A stretch of 44,107 nt of DNA from positions 1 to 44,107 of IMG/VR virus record IMGVR_UViG_3300033565_000060; one strand, written 5' to 3'. A model generated the notes under the pieces. The model was not told the DNA's origin and did no database searches. It saw only the letters and a program-made list of their open reading frames with translations. The DNA comes from a virus (taxonomy: Duplodnaviria > Caudoviricetes). Within the stretch, counting starts at the first letter, position 1. Every line of letters begins with the position of its first letter. This document shows, one piece after another, positions 9,701-17,936 of this stretch. Both the position numbers and the translations under genes were made by a program.

Positions 9701-10084
9701 GGCATAGTGCATGCCAACGAGTTTGTTGCATCGGCTGGGGCCGTTCGTAATCCATCAATAAAAAAAATATTCGATATCATCGAATATGCACAGCGCACCG
9801 GTACCGTTTCGCAGATTAATCTTCCTGCAGTGCTCGAAGCTACAAACACGTTTAAAGGGCATTACTCAGGTGGCTACTCTTCAACAAACACGGCCACTTC
9901 ACCCATGGTTGTACAACCATCTGCAACCATGCCCGTCAATACCGAATATATTGCAACACTGAAGGCACATACCGAAGTAATGCGGATGATGATAGAAGAC
10001 GGATTATACACAAAGATTTCCCTTCTCGATCTCGAAAAATCACAAAAAAAGCTTTCCGATATCCGAAAGGCTACCGAAATGTAG
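6758..10084 (+). CDS. Tail tape measure protein (TP901-like core)
   Basis: 1108 aa, Ala/Leu/Lys-rich and helical; 'MADVAKSTGLS', 'IDTRTS...LL.LA..AGKLG'; C-terminal 'F..GGYT...GIVHANEFV'. Confidence 0.9.
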   Translation: MSGKQAKYDVILNTEQAKAALKEVQHELIQVKTLRDKAAAEGDVKGFNVLNNQFKKLTSEAAKLEKQTHEVNDVLKNLSSSSIRELESALQKANKEWKAMKQNDPGFKEKQGQVLLLRQELDKATAQAKVHQSSMGKLADGFNKYFALATGAVAAVTGVLFSIKEMITRNAELSDSMADVAKSTGLSMSEVKDLNAELRKIDTRTSRKELLDLAYVAGKLGYSSKTDVLGFVRASDQIGVALSKDLGGNVEDAVNSLGKITDLFKVKGEFGIEQAMLKTGSAINALGAASTASESNIVDFTKRLGGVAPLAGISVQNIMGMAAALDQLGQQTETSSTAISQLLTKMAKKPGDFAKIAGIQASEFAKLLKTDANEALIMFLGGLQKNKGGLTELAEKFSDLGVDGSRSIGVIGALANNIDILRNSQKLSNVEFQKGTSLSNEFNIKNDNMAANLAKVGRGLMAAFVNSSVMSGLEKIVKGMSEWFKIPLAQKLDEERAKTNLLTNKLLEANISAATRNKLYSELNGIAPDVLKGIDKEAIAYDRLRKNLQEYNEQMIRKKAVAMADEIVSDDADKAAQFMVKKTELEDKLRNLMIVNVNPVKNFNAEIGKYLDDIVNNSYLTFEQKYRLFVKKVRDNSQTSLGGLQMTVENQMSYLWNEYNKYSALEKEATDKVNKATEKRESLAKGLSTAINDVTKSVEENTIANQANNLGNNGSESVKKLDGAYEQLIARISELDKEILRAIASGNSPLAEKLSIERNAAELLKKSIEEVKKALDNGWDMSQRDQGEIQSLVSKATSGVVSSKKPGESPLVKRDNTTNRQPEEKKGGWDEFTTSDKLSMAVDSAQQVADFEFQIQRDNNQRILDEQISSLNKRRDVELSNKKLTEEQKKAINAKYDAQERAIKKEAWEKQHKADITQAWINLALSVSKAAINTWPVPAIPMMAAATLAGGLQIDAITKQKAPEFYEGGYTDQNMNDRKPVGIVHANEFVASAGAVRNPSIKKIFDIIEYAQRTGTVSQINLPAVLEATNTFKGHYSGGYSSTNTATSPMVVQPSATMPVNTEYIATLKAHTEVMRMMIEDGLYTKISLLDLEKSQKKLSDIRKATEM

Positions 10085-10092
10085 TTTCGCTT

Positions 10093-10127
10093 GTCCTTTT
10101 TTAATTGCACCTCATAATTCACTTTTG
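10093..10127 (+). promoter_or_regulatory. Putative late promoter, copy 3
   Basis: GTCCTTT-N20-CACTTTTG. Confidence 0.65.
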
Positions 10128-10150
10128 TAAATCGCAAATCGCAAATAACC

Positions 10151-11329
10151 ATGTCACTCACATTCGTTACCAGGCCCCCCGAACTCATTTTATCACAGCA
10201 ACCGGTTGTTTTTGTTATTGGCAGCGATGCCGAAGAACTTCCTCTGCGAATATCTGGAGGTATCACCGGCGAAGCTGGTGACAGCGTGCAGGCCGACAGC
10301 CAAAAACATGCTGCATTCGAGCTAAGCGATTACCTGCAGGGATTAATTACCGAACGCCATAAAACCGCCGATACACCTTCGGTATATACCGGGGTACCAA
10401 AGCCGGTTGAATTTGAGTTCGGCGAACACATAGGGGATCCACCTGTAAAAAGCCTGGATGTATTAACTTCTTATCATATCCTCCTGGATGGTAGGATCCC
10501 GCGCAGGATGCGCCGCGAATTTTATGCATCACATGCCAATTTACTGGCATACCTTACCAGTTCAAAAAGCTGTCTTACCTGGTTTCCATACACGGAGCCA
10601 AAACGAGTAAGTAAGGATCAGAGTGAGTTTATCAATTTCATGCAGGTTTTTGATCTTGAAAATCCATGCGATCTCTATGTGAATATTATACTCAATCTTG
10701 ATGATGGTAACACGCGTGTGATGGTTAATGTTTTTTCGGCTTTAAATGTAAATCCTTTCGAAATCTTATATATTCCTGTTGGATATACACAGCTTGGTAT
10801 TGAGCAATACTTATCCACCTGGAATCAGGAAAATGATACATGGATATGGGCAAAGTCGTATACAGTTTATATATATAATTCAGGACTAGACTTACTGAGT
10901 CAAAAATACACTTTCGAGATCGATGAAAAGTATACTCAGAATGCAAGAAGGCTTTATATACGCAACCCATTCGGAATGCTGGAGACAATTAACTGCACCG
11001 GCATAGGTCAGCAGGACAATAAATATACAATGGAAACATTGACCACCGATGGCCGTATATTGCCCGACAAAATAAACTTCCGTACCAGCCGGGAGGCCGT
11101 TGTGAAATGCAACACCGGACACCTCACTGCAAAACAAATGTTATGGCTGAGCGATATCATGGATGTTGAAGATTACGAAACACTTGAGGCGTATGAAATG
11201 ATTGGCGAAATACTACACCCTATTGTTTTTCGCGAAGTAAATCTGCCTTTGGTTCATGATGGCGATTACCAGTACAGCGCTGAATTGGAATACGAATACG
11301 CCTACAACGAAATAACTGAGCACGCATGA
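10151..11329 (+). CDS. Putative minor tail (tail tip) protein
   Basis: Follows the tape measure; 'RNPFG.LET..CTG', 'NTGHL' motifs. Confidence 0.55.
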   Translation: MSLTFVTRPPELILSQQPVVFVIGSDAEELPLRISGGITGEAGDSVQADSQKHAAFELSDYLQGLITERHKTADTPSVYTGVPKPVEFEFGEHIGDPPVKSLDVLTSYHILLDGRIPRRMRREFYASHANLLAYLTSSKSCLTWFPYTEPKRVSKDQSEFINFMQVFDLENPCDLYVNIILNLDDGNTRVMVNVFSALNVNPFEILYIPVGYTQLGIEQYLSTWNQENDTWIWAKSYTVYIYNSGLDLLSQKYTFEIDEKYTQNARRLYIRNPFGMLETINCTGIGQQDNKYTMETLTTDGRILPDKINFRTSREAVVKCNTGHLTAKQMLWLSDIMDVEDYETLEAYEMIGEILHPIVFREVNLPLVHDGDYQYSAELEYEYAYNEITEHA

Positions 11330-11964
11330 GAGAAATTTGGTTGTCGAACATTGCCGGCAAAGTACCTACTGTTAATCAGCTGGAGCTTGCATCGTCAAAT
11401 CTTGGTTATAACAGGGTTGATGCTATTTTTTATGGATTAAAGATCGTTGGTGGCGTTAAATCAGTAGTTCCCCTGGGCGAAAACCTGGAAACATCTACCC
11501 ACGACCGCCAACACGACATGCTGAGCCTTGCAGATCATGCAGCCTCTTCGGCAGAAAACAGGGGAAAGCTTTTGGGATTTAACGCCGAAACTGGCGCTCC
11601 CGAAGCTGTTGATAAAAACAGTCTGGCAGGCGAAGTACCCGAAATAATTGCCTCCGATTACTCCGATATTACAAAAGGGGTTTCGCAAACCTATACGCTT
11701 GTGCTGAAGGCTAAGTATTCGTTTCGTATCGATTCGCTTTGCATGGAGGTAGATAACGGTACTTTAACCGGCATAGCAATCAAAATAAATGGTGTTAGTG
11801 TTGGCGGTTTGTCATCTGTTACTGCCGATACCAGTGTTGACGAAACCGCTGCAACAGGATCCAATATAGTAAATGAAGGCGACCGGGTTACCCTGGTAAC
11901 ATCAGCCGGTTATACCGGCACCCCAACCATGCTCCGCCAGCAGCTTAATATTACCCGGATATGA
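11326..11964 (+). CDS. Putative tail-associated protein
   Basis: ATGA-coupled; Gly/Thr/Val-rich beta C-terminal domain. Confidence 0.5.
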   Translation: MREIWLSNIAGKVPTVNQLELASSNLGYNRVDAIFYGLKIVGGVKSVVPLGENLETSTHDRQHDMLSLADHAASSAENRGKLLGFNAETGAPEAVDKNSLAGEVPEIIASDYSDITKGVSQTYTLVLKAKYSFRIDSLCMEVDNGTLTGIAIKINGVSVGGLSSVTADTSVDETAATGSNIVNEGDRVTLVTSAGYTGTPTMLRQQLNITRI

Positions 11965-13181
11965 GGATTATAACGCATCGAAAAACAGCGCTGGTTAGTT
12001 CGGGCCTAAAGCTCGAATGGACGTCGAAACCAATTACGCAGTTTAATCAACCCGAAGAAAATAGAGTTGCTATTCTTCCTCTACCAAATATACCTGGTTA
12101 TAATTTCACTGTAAACTGGGGCGACGGTACGCCCATCAACACCGTTACATCGTACAATTCGGCCAATGCAAGGCACACCTACTCCCAGGCTGGAACTTAT
12201 GTGATTGAAATAAAGGGAGAATGCCCCGGACTCGTCTCGATGTATCCTTTCGACAATTGGCAGTACAACATCACAGATATTATCAATTGGGGGACACCCG
12301 ATGTTTTTGGAGGTTTTTCGAGATTAAGTTTTGCGAATGTTGTACATCTGAAATCTACTGGATATGGCAGCATCTTGGCGAAGCCTTCGTTAACCTCGCT
12401 TGCAGATTGTTTTAGTCGATGTTATGATTTGAGCGTTGTACGGCCGAATTTATTCGACAATTGTACAAACGCGATATCGATTTATGGCACATTTTATAAT
12501 TCCAGCAATCTAACCTCTATTCCACCATCGCTGTTCGACAAGCTGACAAATTTAACCGATGCTAGCTATGCGTTTTGGCTTGGCGGTTTGACTCAAATAC
12601 CTGCCGATTTATTTAAATATTGCACCCAAATCGGCGTAGGCGGCGGATATGCTGGTTTTATGGGTTGCTTCGGAGGCACTAAAATTACGTCAATTCCTGC
12701 CGATTTATTTAGGTATAATACATCCGTTGTAGAGCGGGCATTTAATTCAACATTCGAAAGCTGCACTTTACTTGAACATATTCCTGCTGATTTATTCAGG
12801 TACAACACTTTAGCGGGAAATCACGCTTTTAATAGTACATTTTACAATTGTACAAGTTTATTAGATGTACCTGAGTATTTATTCAGTTACAACAATCCGG
12901 GCCAATACGGATTTCACTTCACCTTTTACAATTGCAAAAAACTCAAGCTCAATAAATATATTTTCTATGCCGAAGGCGAGCAATCGACCAGGTTTGCCGG
13001 AAAAACCGTTGCACTGAGTGGTACCTTTTACAGAGATACATTCACGGGCGAACAAGGCGAAGCCCCTGACCTGTGGAATTGCACATTTGGATCGGTTAGC
13101 AAATCACAATGTTTTTACGGCGCCGGCAACAGCCTGGCAAGCATCAGCAACTATGCATCCATACCTGCCGACTGGAAATAA
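11961..13181 (+). CDS. PKD-like plus BspA/DUF285-type leucine-rich repeat protein (candidate receptor-binding protein)
   Basis: 'VNWGDGT...HTY..AGTYVI.I.G' followed by repeats 'IPADLF(K/R)Y...F..TF..C..L'. Confidence 0.75.
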   Translation: MRIITHRKTALVSSGLKLEWTSKPITQFNQPEENRVAILPLPNIPGYNFTVNWGDGTPINTVTSYNSANARHTYSQAGTYVIEIKGECPGLVSMYPFDNWQYNITDIINWGTPDVFGGFSRLSFANVVHLKSTGYGSILAKPSLTSLADCFSRCYDLSVVRPNLFDNCTNAISIYGTFYNSSNLTSIPPSLFDKLTNLTDASYAFWLGGLTQIPADLFKYCTQIGVGGGYAGFMGCFGGTKITSIPADLFRYNTSVVERAFNSTFESCTLLEHIPADLFRYNTLAGNHAFNSTFYNCTSLLDVPEYLFSYNNPGQYGFHFTFYNCKKLKLNKYIFYAEGEQSTRFAGKTVALSGTFYRDTFTGEQGEAPDLWNCTFGSVSKSQCFYGAGNSLASISNYASIPADWK

Positions 13182-13207
13182 GCGGCCTTTTTTTTGAAAA
13201 TTAATTT

Positions 13208-13242
13208 GTCCTTTACCGGACACCCCACATAAAGTAATATTG
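13208..13242 (+). promoter_or_regulatory. Putative late promoter, copy 4
   Basis: GTCCTTT-N20-TAATATTG. Confidence 0.7.
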
Positions 13243-13259
13243 CTTGAAAAAACAAAGAA

Positions 13260-13616
13260 ATGGCACTCGATTTAACAAAACCACAATCAACGAACTCTTA
13301 TCTTAAAGAGTTATACAAAAAAATATTTGGACTTGGCAATGAGAGTCCTGCAAAATTTACTCCGGCCGGGGCCAATGGCGTTGATAAATCCGGTGTTTGT
13401 GGCGGAACTATATTAGTTACCCCATCGGCAAATGCATTTCCACAACCCAGCTTTATTGAGTGCACAGGCGCTGATGGAACCATAACCGGAGTGGATGAGT
13501 ATGGCAATGTCGTAACCACCTACCCGATGACGGTTGGAAAGATAACTCCCAGCCGTTGGAACAAAGTAACGGCAGTAAGTGCCGGAGTAGTTGTTTGGAG
13601 ACATTATTCGCTGTAA
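13260..13616 (+). CDS. Hypothetical virion-associated protein
   Basis: A-rich start region directly after late-promoter copy 4. Confidence 0.6.
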   Translation: MALDLTKPQSTNSYLKELYKKIFGLGNESPAKFTPAGANGVDKSGVCGGTILVTPSANAFPQPSFIECTGADGTITGVDEYGNVVTTYPMTVGKITPSRWNKVTAVSAGVVVWRHYSL

Positions 13617-13617
13617 T

Positions 13618-13965
13618 ATGGCTACACGTAGAAGCTGCAGCCTGGCGGTAAATGCCAGGATTCAAAAAGGGAAAAATTTTAACCTATTATTTTTCACAGT
13701 TGCCGAGAACCAAACGGCAGTTGGATCGATAAATGAATCCGGGTCAACTTTTACAATCACTTCGGGTAGCGATATTTTTAATATTGATTCAAACGGTGTA
13801 ATCACATTTAAATCTGCACCCGACTTTGAAACAATATCATCATACAAGCTTCAAGTAACCTCAAGCAAAGGGAAACAGTACTCAATAACAGTATATGCAA
13901 CCGAAGTACTTTCATCATTTGCTCTTAACATTTCAACCGCATTAAACCTTTCAACAGCCTTATAA
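13618..13965 (+). CDS. Cadherin-like domain protein without a clear signal peptide (start moved to ATG 13618)
   Basis: 'FTVAENQTAVG...F.IDSNGVITFKSAPDFE...Y.LQV' cadherin repeat signature. Confidence 0.7.
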   Translation: MATRRSCSLAVNARIQKGKNFNLLFFTVAENQTAVGSINESGSTFTITSGSDIFNIDSNGVITFKSAPDFETISSYKLQVTSSKGKQYSITVYATEVLSSFALNISTALNLSTAL

Positions 13966-13966
13966 T

Positions 13967-16123
13967 ATGAGAAACATACTAAACGATGGAACCACATGGG
14001 GTGCCGAAGCAACTAAAATCAACTTAAATTTTGATGAAACCGCAAAAAAATCGGCAGGTAAAAATAAATTCAATAAAGGCGCGGCAGATATCTCAATTGG
14101 CTTTTATATTAATCCTGCGAATGGGTCATTAGGTGCTTCCGCATCATATAACACAACAGGATATTTGAGAGTTGTTGCTGGAACCCAATATACTCTATCT
14201 TATAAGCATAATATCGCTTGGTATGATATTAACAAGGCATTCATTTCAGCTTCAAGTGCGTCAGATACAAATAAGACCCAAACAGCCCCGGCAAATGCAG
14301 TATTTATAAGGGCAACTGTATCTTCTGTTCCGGAAATTTATAACGTATTTCAAATTGAAGTTGGAAATCAGCAAACGATTTTCGAGGAATATTACGAGTA
14401 CATTGATGAAAAAATTAGGCCTAAATCAATTACCCAGGCCGAAAGCGAATTTATAGGTTTAGGAACCGGGAAAAACTTATTCAATAAGGCTACTGCAACG
14501 GACAACGTATATATTTCATCCGTTGACGGTAGCATTGCCGGAAATTCGCTTTATTCCGCAAGTGATTTTATCCCGGTTACACCTAATAGTGAATACTCAT
14601 TCGTTGTTACTCATTATGCCTGGTACAATTCCAATAAAGGATATATTACAGGTTACCATAGTGCTAACACTCCCGTCAGAAAAATAGCTCCAGCTAACGC
14701 AGCATATTTACGTACCTCATTGCCAAAGGAAGCGAAAGACGTATTTCAAGTTGAAATCGGAGCAGTAAGTACGGCTTACGAGGCTTACGAGCAATTTTAT
14801 AAGCTGAAAGGTGTAAAGGTTTTGGGCGATGATATAAAGTTGCTGCTAAATGCCATTTCAAACCTTTTATTTTTTAATACAAATCAAATAGCCCTACCAG
14901 CTAAGCAGTATTTCCTTAATAACTACGAAAATTCAATATACCACCCGGCTGTAGTTGAAAGGTGGATGCCTAATCACTTTTTTCTTCAGTTAGAGTCTGG
15001 AGCGTTTGTTAACCGGTCGAATTTGTCGCGCATCTTAAATCCCGTGGCAGATCCCACCGTTGTGGCTAATTTATACAACCTAAATTTTGATGTGGTTAGC
15101 TCAAAGCAATTCGCACTAATTGTGGGAGACCAGTCCGCTAATAATGGAGCCCTGGTAATACACGCTATAGGAGACAGCCTGACCTACAACTCTACATACT
15201 TATTGAGGGCACGCCAATTATGCCCGGCATTATCGTTCTCCGCAATGCGGGTTCCTTATGGCGACGCTGGCATTACAGTTGAAGGTAGAGGTGGCTGGCA
15301 CCTTAATAGCTACTTTTCGTCACTACACTCTACTTCTGATTCATTCACACCTTACATGCATCTGGCTGATCCGTATAAATATTATGGTAATACTGATTTC
15401 TGGAAGAAAGTGGCATCCGGGGATGTGGGATACACATACGGCGGATTTGCGGCGAAATGTACTCAAATCGGTTTCAGTGCGGCAACAGGATTGAAGTCTG
15501 CACCAGCGGCTAATGACGTTATGTATAACGATGCAAATGCCCGGTACGAGAGGTGGGATGGCTCGGCGTGGGTTGCATTTACAGCTGTAGCAGGAGACTT
15601 CACATTTAATTTTGCTAAGTACCGATCGATTTGGGGTATATCGCAGCCAAATATTGTCACCATAATGCTTGGAACGAATGACTTTTATGCGAAAACAAAA
15701 GCAGAAATTCAGGCAAGTTTTACAGCATGGAAGGCGCAATTAGAGGTTTTAATAGCATCAGTTAAGGCGGATAACCCGAGCTGTAAAATCGCTCTTTTAA
15801 TACCACCGTCCACTAATGGGATGGCTATAGCTGGCATTGATACGGCTGTATTTAACCAAAAATTAAATGCATCGCAGTTCTACGCAAGGCAGTTGATGAT
15901 TTCAAATTTTGATTCAAGGGAAGCCGAATATATATATGTGGTTGATACGGGTAGCTCCATTGATCCGATTTACGGATTTACACTGGCAGCAGCGGAAAAG
16001 CCATTTAGCGACTTTGTAGGCACGGAGACAATTAAACTTCAAAGCAATAGCCCACACCCTTCAACTGAAGGTTACTATCAAATGGGTATAAGACTTGCCG
16101 GCTTTATACAAGCAATCCGATGA
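13967..16123 (+). CDS. Tail fibre/spike-like protein with duplicated N-terminal domain and C-terminal SGNH/GDSL hydrolase
   Basis: Two 'GKN.FNK...FQ.E.G...T.(F/Y)E.Y' repeats; SGNH blocks IGDSLT, GRGGW, LGTND, SPHPS. Confidence 0.8.
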   Translation: MRNILNDGTTWGAEATKINLNFDETAKKSAGKNKFNKGAADISIGFYINPANGSLGASASYNTTGYLRVVAGTQYTLSYKHNIAWYDINKAFISASSASDTNKTQTAPANAVFIRATVSSVPEIYNVFQIEVGNQQTIFEEYYEYIDEKIRPKSITQAESEFIGLGTGKNLFNKATATDNVYISSVDGSIAGNSLYSASDFIPVTPNSEYSFVVTHYAWYNSNKGYITGYHSANTPVRKIAPANAAYLRTSLPKEAKDVFQVEIGAVSTAYEAYEQFYKLKGVKVLGDDIKLLLNAISNLLFFNTNQIALPAKQYFLNNYENSIYHPAVVERWMPNHFFLQLESGAFVNRSNLSRILNPVADPTVVANLYNLNFDVVSSKQFALIVGDQSANNGALVIHAIGDSLTYNSTYLLRARQLCPALSFSAMRVPYGDAGITVEGRGGWHLNSYFSSLHSTSDSFTPYMHLADPYKYYGNTDFWKKVASGDVGYTYGGFAAKCTQIGFSAATGLKSAPAANDVMYNDANARYERWDGSAWVAFTAVAGDFTFNFAKYRSIWGISQPNIVTIMLGTNDFYAKTKAEIQASFTAWKAQLEVLIASVKADNPSCKIALLIPPSTNGMAIAGIDTAVFNQKLNASQFYARQLMISNFDSREAEYIYVVDTGSSIDPIYGFTLAAAEKPFSDFVGTETIKLQSNSPHPSTEGYYQMGIRLAGFIQAIR

Positions 16124-16172
16124 TTTTTTATTCACATTTGGAAAAATCCACCTATTTTAAAGAAAACAAACC

Positions 16173-16550
16173 ATGAAACCCAACCTTATAATATCCATTA
16201 TTGAACTAAACGAAATAGTTGGCTTTATATTACTGGGCCTGCTGCTGGTGGTACTGCGCGAGGGCTTTAAACGCCGCAGCGAGGTAGATCCCAAAAACGG
16301 CGCCTGGAGTCACACATGGCATGTATTTGGCTGGGGTATACGCGGCTGCTTTATTGCCATACTGGGCATTCTGCTAAAACATACCGATGTGATGTGGCTG
16401 TTTGTTGTGCTGGCCATAATACTTGCATGGCCGGTGTACGACATAGCCTGCGCCATTGGCGCCGGACGTAAATGGTACTACCGATCAGATAAGGGTATGG
16501 ATAAGGTGATACGTAAGATTTTCTGGTTTGTAAACTTCGACAAACAGTGA
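16173..16550 (+). CDS. Small multi-pass membrane protein
   Basis: About three hydrophobic segments; Trp/His-rich loop 'WSHTWH'. Confidence 0.7.
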   Translation: MKPNLIISIIELNEIVGFILLGLLLVVLREGFKRRSEVDPKNGAWSHTWHVFGWGIRGCFIAILGILLKHTDVMWLFVVLAIILAWPVYDIACAIGAGRKWYYRSDKGMDKVIRKIFWFVNFDKQ

Positions 16551-16888
16551 AAAAGATCATTGCCATACTGCTGCTGCTGGCATGCGCAAAAATGCACGCC
16601 CAAACCATCCAGATCGGCCGCATACAAGCCACCGATCCCGAAGGCACCGAAGTAGTGTACGCCATTACCGCGGGCAACACAGGCAGCTTTTTCACCATTA
16701 CACCCTGCTCGGGCATTATAAAAGTAAAAGCAACCGCTTACGACAGTTTTGTATTAAAGCGCACCTGGACCCTCACCATAAAAGCCACCGACGAAACCGG
16801 GCTTTATACCAAAACCACCCGTAAAGTAGTACTGCAAAAAGATGGTGCCGGCAATAAACTGCCGCCCGTGATAAGTGATGCGCTATGA
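16547..16888 (+). CDS. Secreted single cadherin-domain protein
   Basis: GTG start overlapping the previous stop; signal ending MHA|Q; 'ATDPEG..V.YAITAGN...FFTI...SG.I.V', 'LTIKATD'. Confidence 0.75.
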   Translation: MKKIIAILLLLACAKMHAQTIQIGRIQATDPEGTEVVYAITAGNTGSFFTITPCSGIIKVKATAYDSFVLKRTWTLTIKATDETGLYTKTTRKVVLQKDGAGNKLPPVISDAL

Positions 16889-17220
16889 AACTGATGCTGT
16901 TGTTGCTTGCGCTGTTTACAGCGGTACCTGAAGCTGATTACACATTTACAATTGCAAAAAAAGTAACCGTTGGCCAGGTTATAGGAACCGTGGTAGCAAC
17001 AGATCCTGATCAGGGGCAAAAGCTTACATATGCTTTTATTAACGGCAATACAAATACTAGCTTTAAAATTGATCCGCTAACCGGAGTAATCACTGTTTCG
17101 AATGCCGCGTTTATCAATAGTATGAAAATAAAATATTATAATATCACAGTGAAGGTTACTGATAACGGAAAACCACCACTTTCGGCCAGGGCAATAGTCC
17201 GGATTAATATAATGTTATGA
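16885..17220 (+). CDS. Secreted single cadherin-domain protein
   Basis: Hydrophobic N-terminus; 'VIGTVVATDPD.GQ.LTY...GN....FKIDP.TGVITV', 'Y.ITVKVTDNG.PPLS'. Confidence 0.8.
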   Translation: MKLMLLLLALFTAVPEADYTFTIAKKVTVGQVIGTVVATDPDQGQKLTYAFINGNTNTSFKIDPLTGVITVSNAAFINSMKIKYYNITVKVTDNGKPPLSARAIVRINIML

Positions 17221-17936
17221 CTATAGGCGAAGCAATTGTCCGTTTGCAAAAAGAAGAGGGCTTGAATAATACCGGTCTTGCTCGTTTGTTGGGACTAAGT
17301 TATGCCTCAATTTCTATGTATGCATCCGGAAAAAGAATTCCCAACATAAAACGTCTAATTCATATAGCAAATGCCTGCAACCGAAATTTGATCATTGAAA
17401 TTATATCAGGCAAGGTACACGCAAAATTTATAATGAAGGAAACGGTGCGAGAAATTTCTTTCGATAAAAAGTTACAGGAATGTGAACCAGGGCTTCGCCG
17501 CTATGTACTTGCGCATTTGTGCCGTAATGTCGATAATGCTAATGACCTGGTTCAGGATACTTTGTTTACAGCGCTCCGCCGGCACGATACACTTTTCCCC
17601 GAAGTATCAATGATGACTTGGCTTATTGGCATAGCAAAAAACATTGTACGCAAAAAAGCTAGCAAACTGGTACTGATTGAATCGTACCTGGAAACTGACT
17701 CGATTACAGATGAAATTGAAGGTTATTTCAGAGAGCATGGCGACGTGTTCAGGTTTCTCGAGAAACTTACCCCTATGCGACGTGAGGCATACAAGCTAAG
17801 CCTGATCGGGTTAGAGTATAAAGAGATTGCCAAAAAGCTGGGTACCAGCGAAGGATCAATTAAGACAATGATGGGGCAAAGCAAAGCAAGGTTATGTGAA
17901 TTAATCAAAAACGACAAACATGCAACTTCTAATTAA
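17217..17936 (+). CDS. XRE-family HTH fused to an ECF-type sigma-70 factor
   Basis: Residues 1-60 form an XRE HTH ('LARLLGLSYASISMYASGKRIP'); region 2 'ANDLVQDTL...TWLIGIAKN'; region 4 'LTPMRREAY.L...GLEYKEIAKKLGTSEGSIK'. Confidence 0.85.
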   Translation: MTIGEAIVRLQKEEGLNNTGLARLLGLSYASISMYASGKRIPNIKRLIHIANACNRNLIIEIISGKVHAKFIMKETVREISFDKKLQECEPGLRRYVLAHLCRNVDNANDLVQDTLFTALRRHDTLFPEVSMMTWLIGIAKNIVRKKASKLVLIESYLETDSITDEIEGYFREHGDVFRFLEKLTPMRREAYKLSLIGLEYKEIAKKLGTSEGSIKTMMGQSKARLCELIKNDKHATSN

